Shown here: positions 10,640 through 20,571 of the stretch, piece by piece
Layout of the letters: each line of letters begins with the position of its first letter
Numbering within the stretch: the stretch's first letter is position 1
NCBI GenBank assembly: GCA_002497295.1
Contig: DANO01000039.1
Location: 16,405 to 80,404 of the forward strand
Direction: 5' to 3'
Length of the DNA stretch: 64,000 bases
Source of the DNA: Euryarchaeota archaeon UBA171
Lineage (GTDB): Archaea > Thermoplasmatota > Poseidoniia > Poseidoniales > Thalassarchaeaceae
Notes under the pieces: generated by a model
Seen by the model: only the letters and a program-made list of their open reading frames with translations
Database searches by the model: none
Told to the model about the DNA's origin: nothing
Made by a program: the position numbers and the translations under genes

Positions 10640-11437
10640 ATGAATGCTCATGATCGACCCGATAACGGGGAATGGATTGAAATCGAATCCAGGTATTTGA
10701 GTTCGGACGATGGCACTGAATTCGATTACAAAGCGCCTCTCGAAGAACCATTGAGGATATCTATAACACATCTAGGGAAGACCAATTACCTTGGCATTTT
10801 TATGAGAACCCCGGGCAATGACCTGAATCTAGTTAGAGGGCTTCTCTACAATGAAGGAATAATTACAGAACTAGATTCGATAGATACGCTCACTCTTGAA
10901 GACGGTTTAGCAAAGATAGCCCTCATGGATGATACCCCCTACGACCCTTCCGAACACAATAGAAACATGATGGTGACGGGTTCATGCGGTCTTTGCGGAC
11001 GTAGTGCCTTACACGACCATCAACCTGTTAATTCTCATGACACATTCTCACAAAAACAGATTCATGATATGCATGCTTTGGCTATGCAGCAACAGCATAT
11101 GTTTAGGGAAACTGGAGGTACACACGGTGCTGCAGCCTTCAACTCGAAGGGGGATATGATTGGCTGTGAGGAAGATGTAGGACGTCACAATGCGATGGAT
11201 AAGCTAACTGGATACCTGCTGACTGAATCACTCGCCCCGTCAGTATGTACACTATCTGGTCGAATCTCATATGAATTGGTTCAGAAAGCAATCAGAAGTG
11301 GGTACTGCATTCTTTCTGCTGTCGGCTCCGCAACCACTTTGGCCATTCAGCTGGCTAGAGAGTATGATCTCACTCTCGTCTCATTTGCCAGGGTAGATAG
11401 GATGACAGTTCTATCAGCTCCAAGACGTATACGATGA
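10640..11437 (+). CDS. fdhD: Formate dehydrogenase accessory sulfurtransferase FdhD
   Basis: MRTPGND, SCGLCG, TGGTHGAA, EDVGRHNAMDK, SGRISYELVQK. Confidence 0.93.
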   Translation: MNAHDRPDNGEWIEIESRYLSSDDGTEFDYKAPLEEPLRISITHLGKTNYLGIFMRTPGNDLNLVRGLLYNEGIITELDSIDTLTLEDGLAKIALMDDTPYDPSEHNRNMMVTGSCGLCGRSALHDHQPVNSHDTFSQKQIHDMHALAMQQQHMFRETGGTHGAAAFNSKGDMIGCEEDVGRHNAMDKLTGYLLTESLAPSVCTLSGRISYELVQKAIRSGYCILSAVGSATTLAIQLAREYDLTLVSFARVDRMTVLSAPRRIR

Positions 11438-11506
11438 ATGACAGTAACCGATGGACACTACTGAATCTTCAGACATGCATATACCGGTGTAACTGCGCAC
11501 AGGGCC

Positions 11507-13774
11507 ATGGGCAGAGGGGCTTCGAGAACAGGCCCGACTAATTTCAAACAACCAACTCTAGCTCCTGTCAAAGAAGTCGCTGCGGGCCTTCCAGCTGTAG
11601 TTTCGGCTTGGAAACACGGCATAGGGAAGATGGGTCCACTGGATTCTGCCAAAACACTCAGTCGTGCAAATCAACATAAGGGGTTCGATTGTCCGGGTTG
11701 CGCATGGCCTGATCCATCAGAACCGTCGCCCTTTGAGTATTGTGAGAATGGTGCAAAGGCCATCGCTGATGAGGCAACTAACAAAGTGATACAAGACTCG
11801 TTCTGGGAGGAGAATAGCGTTTTGTCGCTGGCTAGGAAATCTGACATTTGGTTGAATGCACAAGGCAGGCTCTCGAGACCACTGATCATGGAAAAGGATT
11901 CGAACCACTACAGACCCATAGATTGGGACAGGGCCTTCGGGATAATCGGGGCCGCACTCTTCAATCTAGAGAATGAAGATGATGCATACTTCTACACTTC
12001 AGGAAGAGCCTCTAATGAGGCGGCATTTCTTTGGCAATTACTCGCAAGGCAACATGGTACCAATAATCTTCCAGATTGTTCGAATATGTGCCATGAAAGT
12101 TCAGGAGTGGCCTTGGGGGAATCGATAGGCATTGGAAAGGGCACTGTAAGGCTTGAAGACTTCGATCACTCCGATTTGATAGTGGTTGTTGGGCAGAATC
12201 CAGGTACGAATCATCCCAGAATGCTTTCCGCACTCAGTTCTGCTAAGAAATCTGGATCATCTGTATTGAGTATCAATCCAATCAGAGAGACTGGCATGCG
12301 AGGGTTTCGACATCCACAGAACGCCATCGATATGCTAGGCTCCGGAGTGAAAATAGCAGATGATCATGTCGATATCAGAATCAATGGGGACATGGCACTA
12401 TTCAGAGGGATAGGTTCTGTAATGATTGAAAATGGGTGGATCGATAAGTCATTTATCGATTCCAGTACCAGCGGTTACAATTCTTATGTAAAAGCCTCAA
12501 AGAAAATTGATTGGGGCGAGATTGAGAAGGCAACAGGCCAATCCGAATCCAGGATAAGGGACCTAGCCACTCTTTTCTCAAGATCCAGGAGTACCATCAT
12601 TTGTTGGGCTATGGGCATAACCCAGCACAGAAATTCAGTGGATACGATACGCGAGATCGTGAACGTCCTACTATTGGGCGGCCACATAGGCAGGCCAGGA
12701 GCAGGTGTATGCCCTGTGAGGGGACATTCTAATGTTCAGGGCGATAGAACCGTTGGAATCACTCATGCGCCGTCAGAGAAGTTTCTAGCAGCCATCCAGA
12801 AAAGATACGGAGTCCATCCAGTGGAGGGACATGGGGCTGACGCTGTGCATGCGGTGGAGAGGATGAGGGAAAGAGGCGGTATTTTCCTTTCCCTCGGAGG
12901 TAATTTCCTTTCTGCGATGTCCGATACAGATCGAACCGCAGAGGCACTTGAGTCCTGTAGTCTAACAGTCCAGATATCAACTAAATTGAATCGCAGTCAT
13001 CTGATAACCGGTGAAACTGCGATCATACTTCCATGCCTTGGGAGAACGGACGAGCAAGTCACTTCAAACGGCCCTCAGATTCTATCTGTTGAGAATTCGA
13101 TGGGAGTGGTGCATATGTCCAATGGCAGCAAAAGTAGGCCTTCGATGTCAATGCGATCTGAACCTACGATAATAGCCGGAATAGCTCGCAAGCGTCAAGA
13201 TATGGCTGGCGGCGCGATTCAATGGTTAGACTTGGGTTCGGACTTCTCGTTAATCAGAGAAGGAATCGAGGCCACAGTTCCTGGCTTCGAGGCATATAAT
13301 TCCAGAATTCTCCGCCCATCGGGGTTCGAATTGCCAAATCCGCCAAGGGATACCAGAACTTTCAGAACATCCACGGGAAGAGCTGAGTTTTCAGCAGCGG
13401 AAATCTCATCATTTACCCCCGACGATGATGCTTACACTATGATGACAATCAGGTCACATGATCAATTCAATACAACGATATACACTGAAAATGATAGATA
13501 CAGGGGTATTTCTGGTTCGCGGAGGATTATACTCATGTCGAGAGACGATATGAATGAAAGAGGCTTCAGAACTGGTCAAATGGTGGATATATCAACAACA
13601 GGAGTAGATAGGAGGATGGAATCAGATGGGTGGTCAGTAGTCCCATACGATATACCTAGGGGCTGTGTAGCAACTTACTTTCCCGAGTCCAATCATTTGA
13701 TCCCAATAGAGTCATACGCTGAAGGGAGCTTCACCCCTACATCCAAATCGGTTTCAGTGCTAATTAACGGCTAG
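11507..13774 (+). CDS. FdhF/YdeP family molybdopterin oxidoreductase
   Basis: GFDCPGCAWPD, CENGAKA, YTSGRASNEAA, NNLPDCSNMCHE, RGHSNVQGDRT, RSHDQFNTT. Confidence 0.92.
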   Translation: MGRGASRTGPTNFKQPTLAPVKEVAAGLPAVVSAWKHGIGKMGPLDSAKTLSRANQHKGFDCPGCAWPDPSEPSPFEYCENGAKAIADEATNKVIQDSFWEENSVLSLARKSDIWLNAQGRLSRPLIMEKDSNHYRPIDWDRAFGIIGAALFNLENEDDAYFYTSGRASNEAAFLWQLLARQHGTNNLPDCSNMCHESSGVALGESIGIGKGTVRLEDFDHSDLIVVVGQNPGTNHPRMLSALSSAKKSGSSVLSINPIRETGMRGFRHPQNAIDMLGSGVKIADDHVDIRINGDMALFRGIGSVMIENGWIDKSFIDSSTSGYNSYVKASKKIDWGEIEKATGQSESRIRDLATLFSRSRSTIICWAMGITQHRNSVDTIREIVNVLLLGGHIGRPGAGVCPVRGHSNVQGDRTVGITHAPSEKFLAAIQKRYGVHPVEGHGADAVHAVERMRERGGIFLSLGGNFLSAMSDTDRTAEALESCSLTVQISTKLNRSHLITGETAIILPCLGRTDEQVTSNGPQILSVENSMGVVHMSNGSKSRPSMSMRSEPTIIAGIARKRQDMAGGAIQWLDLGSDFSLIREGIEATVPGFEAYNSRILRPSGFELPNPPRDTRTFRTSTGRAEFSAAEISSFTPDDDAYTMMTIRSHDQFNTTIYTENDRYRGISGSRRIILMSRDDMNERGFRTGQMVDISTTGVDRRMESDGWSVVPYDIPRGCVATYFPESNHLIPIESYAEGSFTPTSKSVSVLING

Positions 13775-14882
13775 ACGCCTTTTTCAATGCCTTGACTTGC
13801 TTTATGAGCGCCTTCACAGTTTTCTTGTGAGTGCGATCCTGATTCATTTCGGAGGACTTTTTTAGGCAGGTTATGGCATCATCGAATCTCCCCAAGTGGG
13901 TGTATGCATTACCCATGTTGAATATCGCCGCATATCCAAGAGATTCAGGCTTCGCTTCATAGGTTTGGACATATGCGGATATCGCTTCCTCGTACCTGTT
14001 TAGTGCTGAATAGGCATCTGCAATCCCAACCTTAGCCCTTATACGCAGGTCTTCAGGACCATCTGATCTAGTGTAGAGAGTCTTCTCAAAGCAACCCAGT
14101 GCCTCTAATGGCTTTCCATCATTAAGCAGAATTAACCCTTTATTGTACCATTCGATCCCCTCATTCACGGTATCCAATCTTGTTGGCTCATTGGGTTGCT
14201 TGGCTTCAACACTTCTAGCCAAAGCCTCCAAATCGACCCTCGAAGCTGCTTCTATCGCCTCCGCTGTAGATGAGGCTCGGAGCCTGGCTTTATTGGCACG
14301 ATTACTGTAACCAAGGGCTTCGAGACTTTCAGCGAGTCCGTTCCACCTGCCTGCAGACTCTTCAATCTTGATGAGGCGGGTCCAGGCCTCTATAGCTCCG
14401 TTGTAATCTCCTGTGGACATCAGGATTATTGCCTCGCTGTCCTGCGAATAATCAGGTTTGGATGCCAAAATGGATGATTCTTCCTCTAAAACCAGATTGT
14501 CAGAGATAGAAATGATAGATGGTCCCTCTGTAAGTAATTCTCGATCTTCAAATTGTTCATTTCCACCATATCCCTCCGATGCTGACGATTCTTGATCACG
14601 TACACTATCTGCATCACCGATATCCTCAGGAAGGTCCGCAGACTCTTCATTTTCTGTAACTTCACTAGAGCTAAGTAGACTCTCCCCGTATGAAATGGAC
14701 TCTAGTCCTTGTTCTTCGAATCCAAGTTTCGTCAAACCACGGCCTACCATTATCCATGCATGTCCATTCGAGGCAAGATCGTCCTGTACTCTATTTCGGA
14801 GTTCATTGACGACTCTGGCCGGCTCCTCCTCGAGAAGATTTTCCATTTCTGCATGACCTTCGAAGAACTCCATGTACTCCAC
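13764..14882 (-). CDS. Tetratricopeptide-repeat protein
   Basis: Several TPR-like units (WYNKG..EALGCFEK; FNMGNAY..LGRFDDAI.C) separated by an acidic linker. Confidence 0.8.
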   Translation of the reverse strand: MEYMEFFEGHAEMENLLEEEPARVVNELRNRVQDDLASNGHAWIMVGRGLTKLGFEEQGLESISYGESLLSSSEVTENEESADLPEDIGDADSVRDQESSASEGYGGNEQFEDRELLTEGPSIISISDNLVLEEESSILASKPDYSQDSEAIILMSTGDYNGAIEAWTRLIKIEESAGRWNGLAESLEALGYSNRANKARLRASSTAEAIEAASRVDLEALARSVEAKQPNEPTRLDTVNEGIEWYNKGLILLNDGKPLEALGCFEKTLYTRSDGPEDLRIRAKVGIADAYSALNRYEEAISAYVQTYEAKPESLGYAAIFNMGNAYTHLGRFDDAITCLKKSSEMNQDRTHKKTVKALIKQVKALKKASSR

Positions 14883-14955
14883 CGAGTAGGTTTACTATTT
14901 TGAAGGATGTCTTCTTCTGCGCAACTACAATATTGACGATGGTATTCCCATTAAC

Positions 14956-15486
14956 ATGGGTGTGTTGGTAATTTCCGGCGGCTATGGTCTAGATGGGTCC
15001 ACAGGCATTGTCGCTCAAACAATAGTTGCAAGGACAAAATCAAAAGGGATGGATTGCGATGTATTCCGCAACGATATCACAACTCTCCCCTTGATAGGTT
15101 CCCCTGGGTGTTGGGATTCAGAATCGGTATCAGAATACCGCAGCATGGCCGAATCTTCAGAAGGCTTCATACTCATTACACCCGAATATCACGGAACCAT
15201 GAGCAGTACAATGAAATTACAACTTGACTGGTTGGGCAAAGATCAGGTTGGAGGTAAGCCATTCGCGCTTGTCAGCATGCTAGGTGGAGTTTCTAACACA
15301 TCCTCACTCAATCACATGCGTCATGTTGTGAGATGGCTTGGCGGATGGTGTACACCCGAGCAAGTAGCCATTCCGGGTGGCAGAACCCACCTTTCGGACG
15401 ACGATCTTGTAGAAGAAGGCCTTTCAGAGCGGCTCGATGGCGTGCTAGACTCACTAATGCATGCAATAGAGAAGTTCGGGAACTAG
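14956..15486 (+). CDS. NAD(P)H-dependent FMN reductase
   Basis: ITPEYHGTMS..K..LDW..GKP motif of the SsuE/flavodoxin-fold family. Confidence 0.88.
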   Translation: MGVLVISGGYGLDGSTGIVAQTIVARTKSKGMDCDVFRNDITTLPLIGSPGCWDSESVSEYRSMAESSEGFILITPEYHGTMSSTMKLQLDWLGKDQVGGKPFALVSMLGGVSNTSSLNHMRHVVRWLGGWCTPEQVAIPGGRTHLSDDDLVEEGLSERLDGVLDSLMHAIEKFGN

Positions 15487-16295
15487 TCTGCCGGGGGCGG
15501 ATTTTCAGCTCTTATCCTATCTTCTTTCTTCTGCCGAGCGACACTGGAGAAGTAGGCAATCATGGGTACGACGATCATCATGGTGAAGCATCCGATCAAA
15601 GAGGCTAGCCCATAGAGTGTTTCGGTAATCGGGTCGAGCTTAAACTCCTCAACGCTAACTAGCTCATGAGTAACAACGTGTATCTCAGGTGCATCAGTAA
15701 GGTTGACGATTTCTCCAGATTTTCTTACCTCTACTGACCACGTAGTTATTCCTTCTGCTTCCGATAAACGTTCTGTTGCTTTCTCAAATGCGCTATCATA
15801 ATCGTCAGCCTCGATATATCCTACTCCGCCCAGAGGAAGCTCGATTTCCACAATCGATTTGAATTCTACAATTCCTTCTGCCTCTAGCGATTCATGTGAG
15901 AAATCTAGATCACAGGACTCAACAATTAACTCAAAATCCTCATCAATATCCTTGCAGGTAAACATCCGACCAGCATTATCTGCACCCAATGATTCACTCG
16001 TGTAGAATGGGATAGAACTTGAAGATACGATCATTTCGGACCCCTCTGAAAGCCCCTCCATAGAGATATTCAACCAAGAAATAGCGGATGTCGTAGTAAC
16101 GTACCACTTCCCGTCACCATCCAGCTCGGCAGTTGTGAGAACTATTTCTTCATTAGTTGTCTCGAATCGATAATATTCGCTATCTAGAGTGTTTGAATAG
16201 ACTGCGTAACCGAGGAGGAGGATAAGGGTCATACCCAGGCCAATCATGGTTCTAAGCATGTTCGGATTCCTTGAGAGGGTTTTCTTCATTACCAC
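15483..16295 (-). CDS. Hypothetical protein with N- and C-terminal TM helices and an acidic extracellular domain
   Basis: 270-aa ORF; hydropathy pattern read from the translation. Confidence 0.7.
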   Translation of the reverse strand: MVMKKTLSRNPNMLRTMIGLGMTLILLLGYAVYSNTLDSEYYRFETTNEEIVLTTAELDGDGKWYVTTTSAISWLNISMEGLSEGSEMIVSSSSIPFYTSESLGADNAGRMFTCKDIDEDFELIVESCDLDFSHESLEAEGIVEFKSIVEIELPLGGVGYIEADDYDSAFEKATERLSEAEGITTWSVEVRKSGEIVNLTDAPEIHVVTHELVSVEEFKLDPITETLYGLASLIGCFTMMIVVPMIAYFSSVARQKKEDRIRAENPPPAD

Positions 16296-16419
16296 TCTCT
16301 GGTCGCAACCTGTTTTGAAACCTCGTTAAGGATTAGGGCCCCGCTGCGCTGTCTGACGATTATGGAATGTCATCACGGTTAAATACGGACGGAAGGTCGG
16401 CGGCTTGCCAGGTGTAGAC

Positions 16420-16890
16420 ATGACCACTGTACATGACATCCCAGCCGATCTAATGATCGAGGCTCTTTCGAGCCGACTTGTGGATGACAAGACGGTGGAT
16501 GCGCCCGAGTGGAGCCGCTTCGTTAAGACCGGAATACACAGGGAAAGAATACCCGTTCAAGAAAACTGGTGGAGCATTAGGAGCGCCGCAGTACTCCGTA
16601 AAGTAGCAATGAAGGGACCGATAGGAGTGAATAGGCTCGCTCATGAATTCGGTGGTCCGAGGGATCGCGGAGTAAAGCCAAATTCTGCAGCGTCCGGCTC
16701 CAGAAAAATCATCAGAACCATACTTCAACAGTTGGAGAAGGGCGGTCTCATCGAGCCCAGAACCACACTCGGCGGGAACGTTAACCTAGGCAAAGTAATT
16801 TCATCTAAAGGACAATCATACGTAGATTCCGTGGCCCACGAAGCAAGAGAGGCTGCTGAAGCTAGATATCCGGAGCTCTCTAGATACTGA
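16420..16890 (+). CDS. rps19e: 30S ribosomal protein S19e
   Basis: PEWSRFVKTG.HRE.P..WW.RSAAVLRK..GPIGV. Confidence 0.97.
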   Translation: MTTVHDIPADLMIEALSSRLVDDKTVDAPEWSRFVKTGIHRERIPVQENWWSIRSAAVLRKVAMKGPIGVNRLAHEFGGPRDRGVKPNSAASGSRKIIRTILQQLEKGGLIEPRTTLGGNVNLGKVISSKGQSYVDSVAHEAREAAEARYPELSRY

Positions 16891-16899
16891 GGTGAACAT

Positions 16900-17055
16900 A
16901 TGGCAAGACACAAGCCCTATGCTAAGAAGAAGCGCCTGATCAAGGTGACTAATCAGAATCGGCGTGTTCCCGTATGGGTGATGATGAGGACTGCCAGGAA
17001 GGTAACCACTCACCCTAAGCGTCACATGTGGCGTAGATCGAAACTCCAGAGGTGA
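16900..17055 (+). CDS. rpl39e: 50S ribosomal protein L39e
   Basis: Below the ORF-track cutoff; translated by hand: [60 protein letters not shown] upstream. Confidence 0.96.
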   Translation: MARHKPYAKKKRLIKVTNQNRRVPVWVMMRTARKVTTHPKRHMWRRSKLQR

Positions 17056-17060
17056 ATGCT

Positions 17061-17324
17061 ATGTCCGAAGTTAGAGAAATGGTGATTCCCCTAAGGGCAG
17101 CTTGGAAGGTCCCAAGGAGCCGTAGAGCTAATCGGGCAATGGCAGAGATAAGAAAGCACGTACATCGACACATGAAGGTCTCTGATGATGAGAAAATTTG
17201 GATAGATGAAGACGTGAATCATGCGATATGGGCTCGAGGGATGCAGAAGCCGCCAAGGAAGATTCGCGTCGTCTGCACCAGGGAAGAAGGATTCCCGATT
17301 GAAGTGAAGCTAATGGAGGATTGA
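17061..17324 (+). CDS. rpl31e: 50S ribosomal protein L31e
   Basis: [25 protein letters not shown]. Confidence 0.96.
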   Translation: MSEVREMVIPLRAAWKVPRSRRANRAMAEIRKHVHRHMKVSDDEKIWIDEDVNHAIWARGMQKPPRKIRVVCTREEGFPIEVKLMED

Positions 17325-17325
17325 A

Positions 17326-17517
17326 ATGGGCAATATCAGACCGTCATTCATCAAAATAAGGGCCCTAAGGCTCATTGAGAGGTATCCTGATCATTTCACA
17401 TCAGATTTTGACGAGAACAAGGGTCTCGTAGAGCGCTTCACAGATGTCGATAATAAGAAGATGCGAAACTGGATAGCCGGCTATATCACCAGGTACAAAC
17501 AGCGCAAAGTCGACTGA
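17326..17517 (+). CDS. rps17e: 30S ribosomal protein S17e
   Basis: MGNIRP..IK..F..DF.ENK..K.RN.IAGYITR. Confidence 0.96.
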   Translation: MGNIRPSFIKIRALRLIERYPDHFTSDFDENKGLVERFTDVDNKKMRNWIAGYITRYKQRKVD

Positions 17518-17559
17518 CCTAACGCCATCCTTCATGCCACATGATGGCGACCATGGGCC

Positions 17560-18327
17560 ATGGGCAGCCGCAGTATTGAATCCACTCCCGAGTGGGCAAA
17601 TCGAGTTTGCATCATCCTTGTCAGGCCATATCATGAAGGAAATATAGGTGCAGTCGCTCGCTGTATGATGAATTTCGGTATTACCGATCTCCGGATAGTT
17701 GGCAGAGAGGAAGAGCTGACCGAAATTGCTAGGAAGAGAGCCAAACATGCTAATTCGATATTAGATAAGGTCGCCTTCCACGACGATCTGAGGTCTTCAA
17801 CTTCGGACCTTTCCCTTGTGATTGGAACCTCCGGAAAGAGGGAGCTCGGTGATAAGACCCATCATAGGCATTTCCTCCTCCCAGACGAGATTCCAAGCAG
17901 GGTTGAGGAGGATTCTGGAAAAGTCGGCATAGTATTCGGACCGGAAGGTAAAGGATTGTTGAATGATGAGTTGAGGGAATGCGAAATCCTAGTGACGATA
18001 CCCACTTGGGAGGGCTATCCCATAATGAATCTCAGTCATGCGGTTGCAGTAATATGCTATTCATGGTTCATAAATTCGGAGACCGATGGAAATTACGAAG
18101 GCTCCAGAGTTCTATCCCCAGGTCTCAGAAAAAGATTCAGGGAAGAGGTCGGTAGACTTTCGAAGATTGTCCCCACCCAGAATCATAGGAGGAAGAGCAT
18201 AGAGGATACCCTGATACGAATCATAATGCGAGGCCTGCCGAAAGAAGAGGAGATATCCAGAATACTCTCGGTCATTACGTCTGCTGCTGATGCTTTCGAG
18301 GACGTGAAATCAGATGATACGGAGTAA
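17560..18327 (+). CDS. trmJ: SPOUT RNA methyltransferase, TrmJ family
   Basis: GNIGAVARCMMNFG, VFGPEGKGL, YPIMNLSHAV. Confidence 0.85.
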   Translation: MGSRSIESTPEWANRVCIILVRPYHEGNIGAVARCMMNFGITDLRIVGREEELTEIARKRAKHANSILDKVAFHDDLRSSTSDLSLVIGTSGKRELGDKTHHRHFLLPDEIPSRVEEDSGKVGIVFGPEGKGLLNDELRECEILVTIPTWEGYPIMNLSHAVAVICYSWFINSETDGNYEGSRVLSPGLRKRFREEVGRLSKIVPTQNHRRKSIEDTLIRIIMRGLPKEEEISRILSVITSAADAFEDVKSDDTE

Positions 18328-18895
18328 TATCTCTATAATCAGCGAAACAGGTGTTGAAGAACCCGGAATTCTCCTTCAAGACCGATCATTTTCAATTGAA
18401 GGCATGGGTTCGTCCATTATCGAACAAATGATGAATATACCAGATTTATCAGATCTTCATATAGCAGGGCTCTCTCAAATTCCATTGGGAAAACTAAGAA
18501 AAAATGCTGTCAGACTACACGCTGTTTGCAGATATAAGAAAGGAGTAAAGAAAACAGACGAAATATCGCCTGTTAGTGTTAGGTGTATAGATATCCATCC
18601 GAGAGCTCTGAATATCAGATGGGAGAGATATGCAAATTTCTTACTTTTTCATGAATATTTACATGCTCTCGGATTTTCAAATCATGGTAAAGAATTCAGG
18701 AGGCTCGAGGCCCTATGGCATGATCCGGAAGCACGCGAAATGGGGCGATCCTTCAGCTTACATCTACGTAAGATGAACGCTAGATGGATTTGGTTCTGCC
18801 CTGCTTGCGAAATTAAACATTTGAAATCTAAGCGATCAAATGGGCGATATAATTGTAGATTGTGTCTATGTTCTTTGATAGATGTTAAAAATTGA
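18314..18895 (+). CDS. SprT-like zinc metalloprotease with C-terminal Zn ribbon
   Basis: HEYLH..HGKEF zincin motif; CPAC..CRLC. Confidence 0.75.
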   Translation: MIRSNISIISETGVEEPGILLQDRSFSIEGMGSSIIEQMMNIPDLSDLHIAGLSQIPLGKLRKNAVRLHAVCRYKKGVKKTDEISPVSVRCIDIHPRALNIRWERYANFLLFHEYLHALGFSNHGKEFRRLEALWHDPEAREMGRSFSLHLRKMNARWIWFCPACEIKHLKSKRSNGRYNCRLCLCSLIDVKN

Positions 18896-18931
18896 ATATC
18901 GCATATACGATCTATCGTATTACGTCCAATA

Positions 18932-19378
18932 TTATGGGGACCATATAGCCCATGATTTAGGCGTCTCTCTAACGTGGAATGAGAGGAGCCTTATCCTATT
19001 TCCATATGCTGTATTTATGTGTGGATTAACCTGTTCGAATGCCCATTTGGCTAGATTTTCTGCCGTTGGCACAAATGGTACTTCCAATGTTTTTTGTCCT
19101 TTGATAATCGAAAGTGCATTTATTGCGTCGATGTCTCCTTCATAGACGATGAAAGCATGATCAACAACATCATGGATATATTTCTCCAGTATCATGGATA
19201 TATCTGAGAAATCCATCAACATACCTTCTTCTGATGTACCTGCCTGGGATACAACATCGCCTTCCAGCTCCACCTCCCATCGATATCTATGTCCATGCAT
19301 ATTCTTGCACTTGCTCTTGTGGTTCGGCACTCTGTGCCCAGTATCCGTTTCGACCCATCTTCTTATTCTACTAGTCAT
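18932..19378 (-). CDS. queD: 6-carboxy-5,6,7,8-tetrahydropterin synthase
   Basis: GHR..KCKNMHGH, DH, PTAEN, ETP; lies in the que cluster. Confidence 0.92.
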   Translation of the reverse strand: MTSRIRRWVETDTGHRVPNHKSKCKNMHGHRYRWEVELEGDVVSQAGTSEEGMLMDFSDISMILEKYIHDVVDHAFIVYEGDIDAINALSIIKGQKTLEVPFVPTAENLAKWAFEQVNPHINTAYGNRIRLLSFHVRETPKSWAIWSP

Positions 19379-19787
19379 CTATATCCCTCTCTTTGAAAAT
19401 CATCGATACTGAATTTATACAATATCTTTCACCGCCATATTTTCTAGGGCCATCTTCGAAAACATGGCCAAGGTGAGCATCACAAGATCCGCATCGAACC
19501 TCGACCCTCACCATCCCATATTTTCGATCTATTAGCCTACGTATTCCCGCTTGAGGATGCTCGGTATGGAATGAAGGCCAACCGCAGCCGGAGTCAAATT
19601 TCATATCAGAGGTGAATAAGAGATGATTGCAACAGATACAGAAATAGGATCCTGACCGATCTTCAAGATAAAGAGTGCCTGAGAAAGGAGGTTCTGTCCC
19701 ACCCCTTCTTGTCACCTCGTACTCGATTGGAGTTAGCATGTCTTTCCAGTCTTTTTCCGTTCGAGATTTATCATTCATTGCTGTCAC
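19371..19787 (-). CDS. msrB: Peptide-methionine (R)-S-oxide reductase
   Basis: GTEPPF, CICC, KFDSGCGWPSF, HLGHVF.DGP, RYCINS. Confidence 0.96.
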   Translation of the reverse strand: MTAMNDKSRTEKDWKDMLTPIEYEVTRRGGTEPPFSGTLYLEDRSGSYFCICCNHLLFTSDMKFDSGCGWPSFHTEHPQAGIRRLIDRKYGMVRVEVRCGSCDAHLGHVFEDGPRKYGGERYCINSVSMIFKERDIDD

Positions 19788-20571
19788 CCCAGTCTAATTG
19801 TACATTCAGTGCATGCTTAAGGGCAGAGTCCCAACCTCCAGCGTACTCCAGTGGGTCTTTCTTACCTATCGCATGAAATGCTAGTATACGTTCAATATCA
19901 GCACCACTCCGACCAGAAGATCTGCCCTCACTATCCGGATTATAGGATGTGTTCGTGTTTTTGAAGACGGTATCGAAGTCAAGACTCAATTTATTCAATG
20001 AAATCTCTGCATCTCCAAGTATGGATTGCTTGTTACCATCGATATAGGGGAGGTGAAAGGAAACCCGATCACTGTCCCAGTTACCGATTTCAAATGCCAT
20101 GCTGAGGGCCTCATAGAATTCTGGACGGCAATCTGGATAAATTTCATGGTCACCGCTATGTACGCCTAAAGCTAGGATAACGTCGCTATCTTCCTTGATA
20201 GAGGTAGACAGAGCATACCCATACAATATGGATGCGAATATGGCATTTCGATTCGGCACGACGGTCTGCTTCATCTGCTCCTCCTCATAATGCCCCTCTG
20301 GTACATCATAACCATCCGTAGTCAATGCTGAGTGAAATAGACCAATTGTGGAAGATAAATCAACAATTTTATGTTCTACGAGATAGCCTTCTGATTTCAG
20401 ATAAGCGATGTTTTCAGAAGCTCTTTCCAATTCTACTACGTGCTTCTGACCATAATTATACGATATGCAGCTGGTCTGGTAACCTTCTGCTAGAAGATGC
20501 ATCAGGAGAGCTGTGCTATCCATTCCTCCAGAGAGTGCCATTACAGCCCTGATTAGAGCACCCCCATCCAT
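19771..20571 (-). CDS. queC: 7-cyano-7-deazaguanine (preQ0) synthase; C-terminal Cys cluster absent
   Basis: SGGMDST, YGQKH..E, VPNRN, YPDCRPEF; true start may be slightly downstream. Confidence 0.93.
   Translation of the reverse strand: MDGGALIRAVMALSGGMDSTALLMHLLAEGYQTSCISYNYGQKHVVELERASENIAYLKSEGYLVEHKIVDLSSTIGLFHSALTTDGYDVPEGHYEEEQMKQTVVPNRNAIFASILYGYALSTSIKEDSDVILALGVHSGDHEIYPDCRPEFYEALSMAFEIGNWDSDRVSFHLPYIDGNKQSILGDAEISLNKLSLDFDTVFKNTNTSYNPDSEGRSSGRSGADIERILAFHAIGKKDPLEYAGGWDSALKHALNVQLDWGDSNE

Noticed and set aside
11507..13774. Selenocysteine recoding in the Fdh-like protein
   Set aside because: The ORF is uninterrupted and the metal-ligand position is Cys (SNMCHE).
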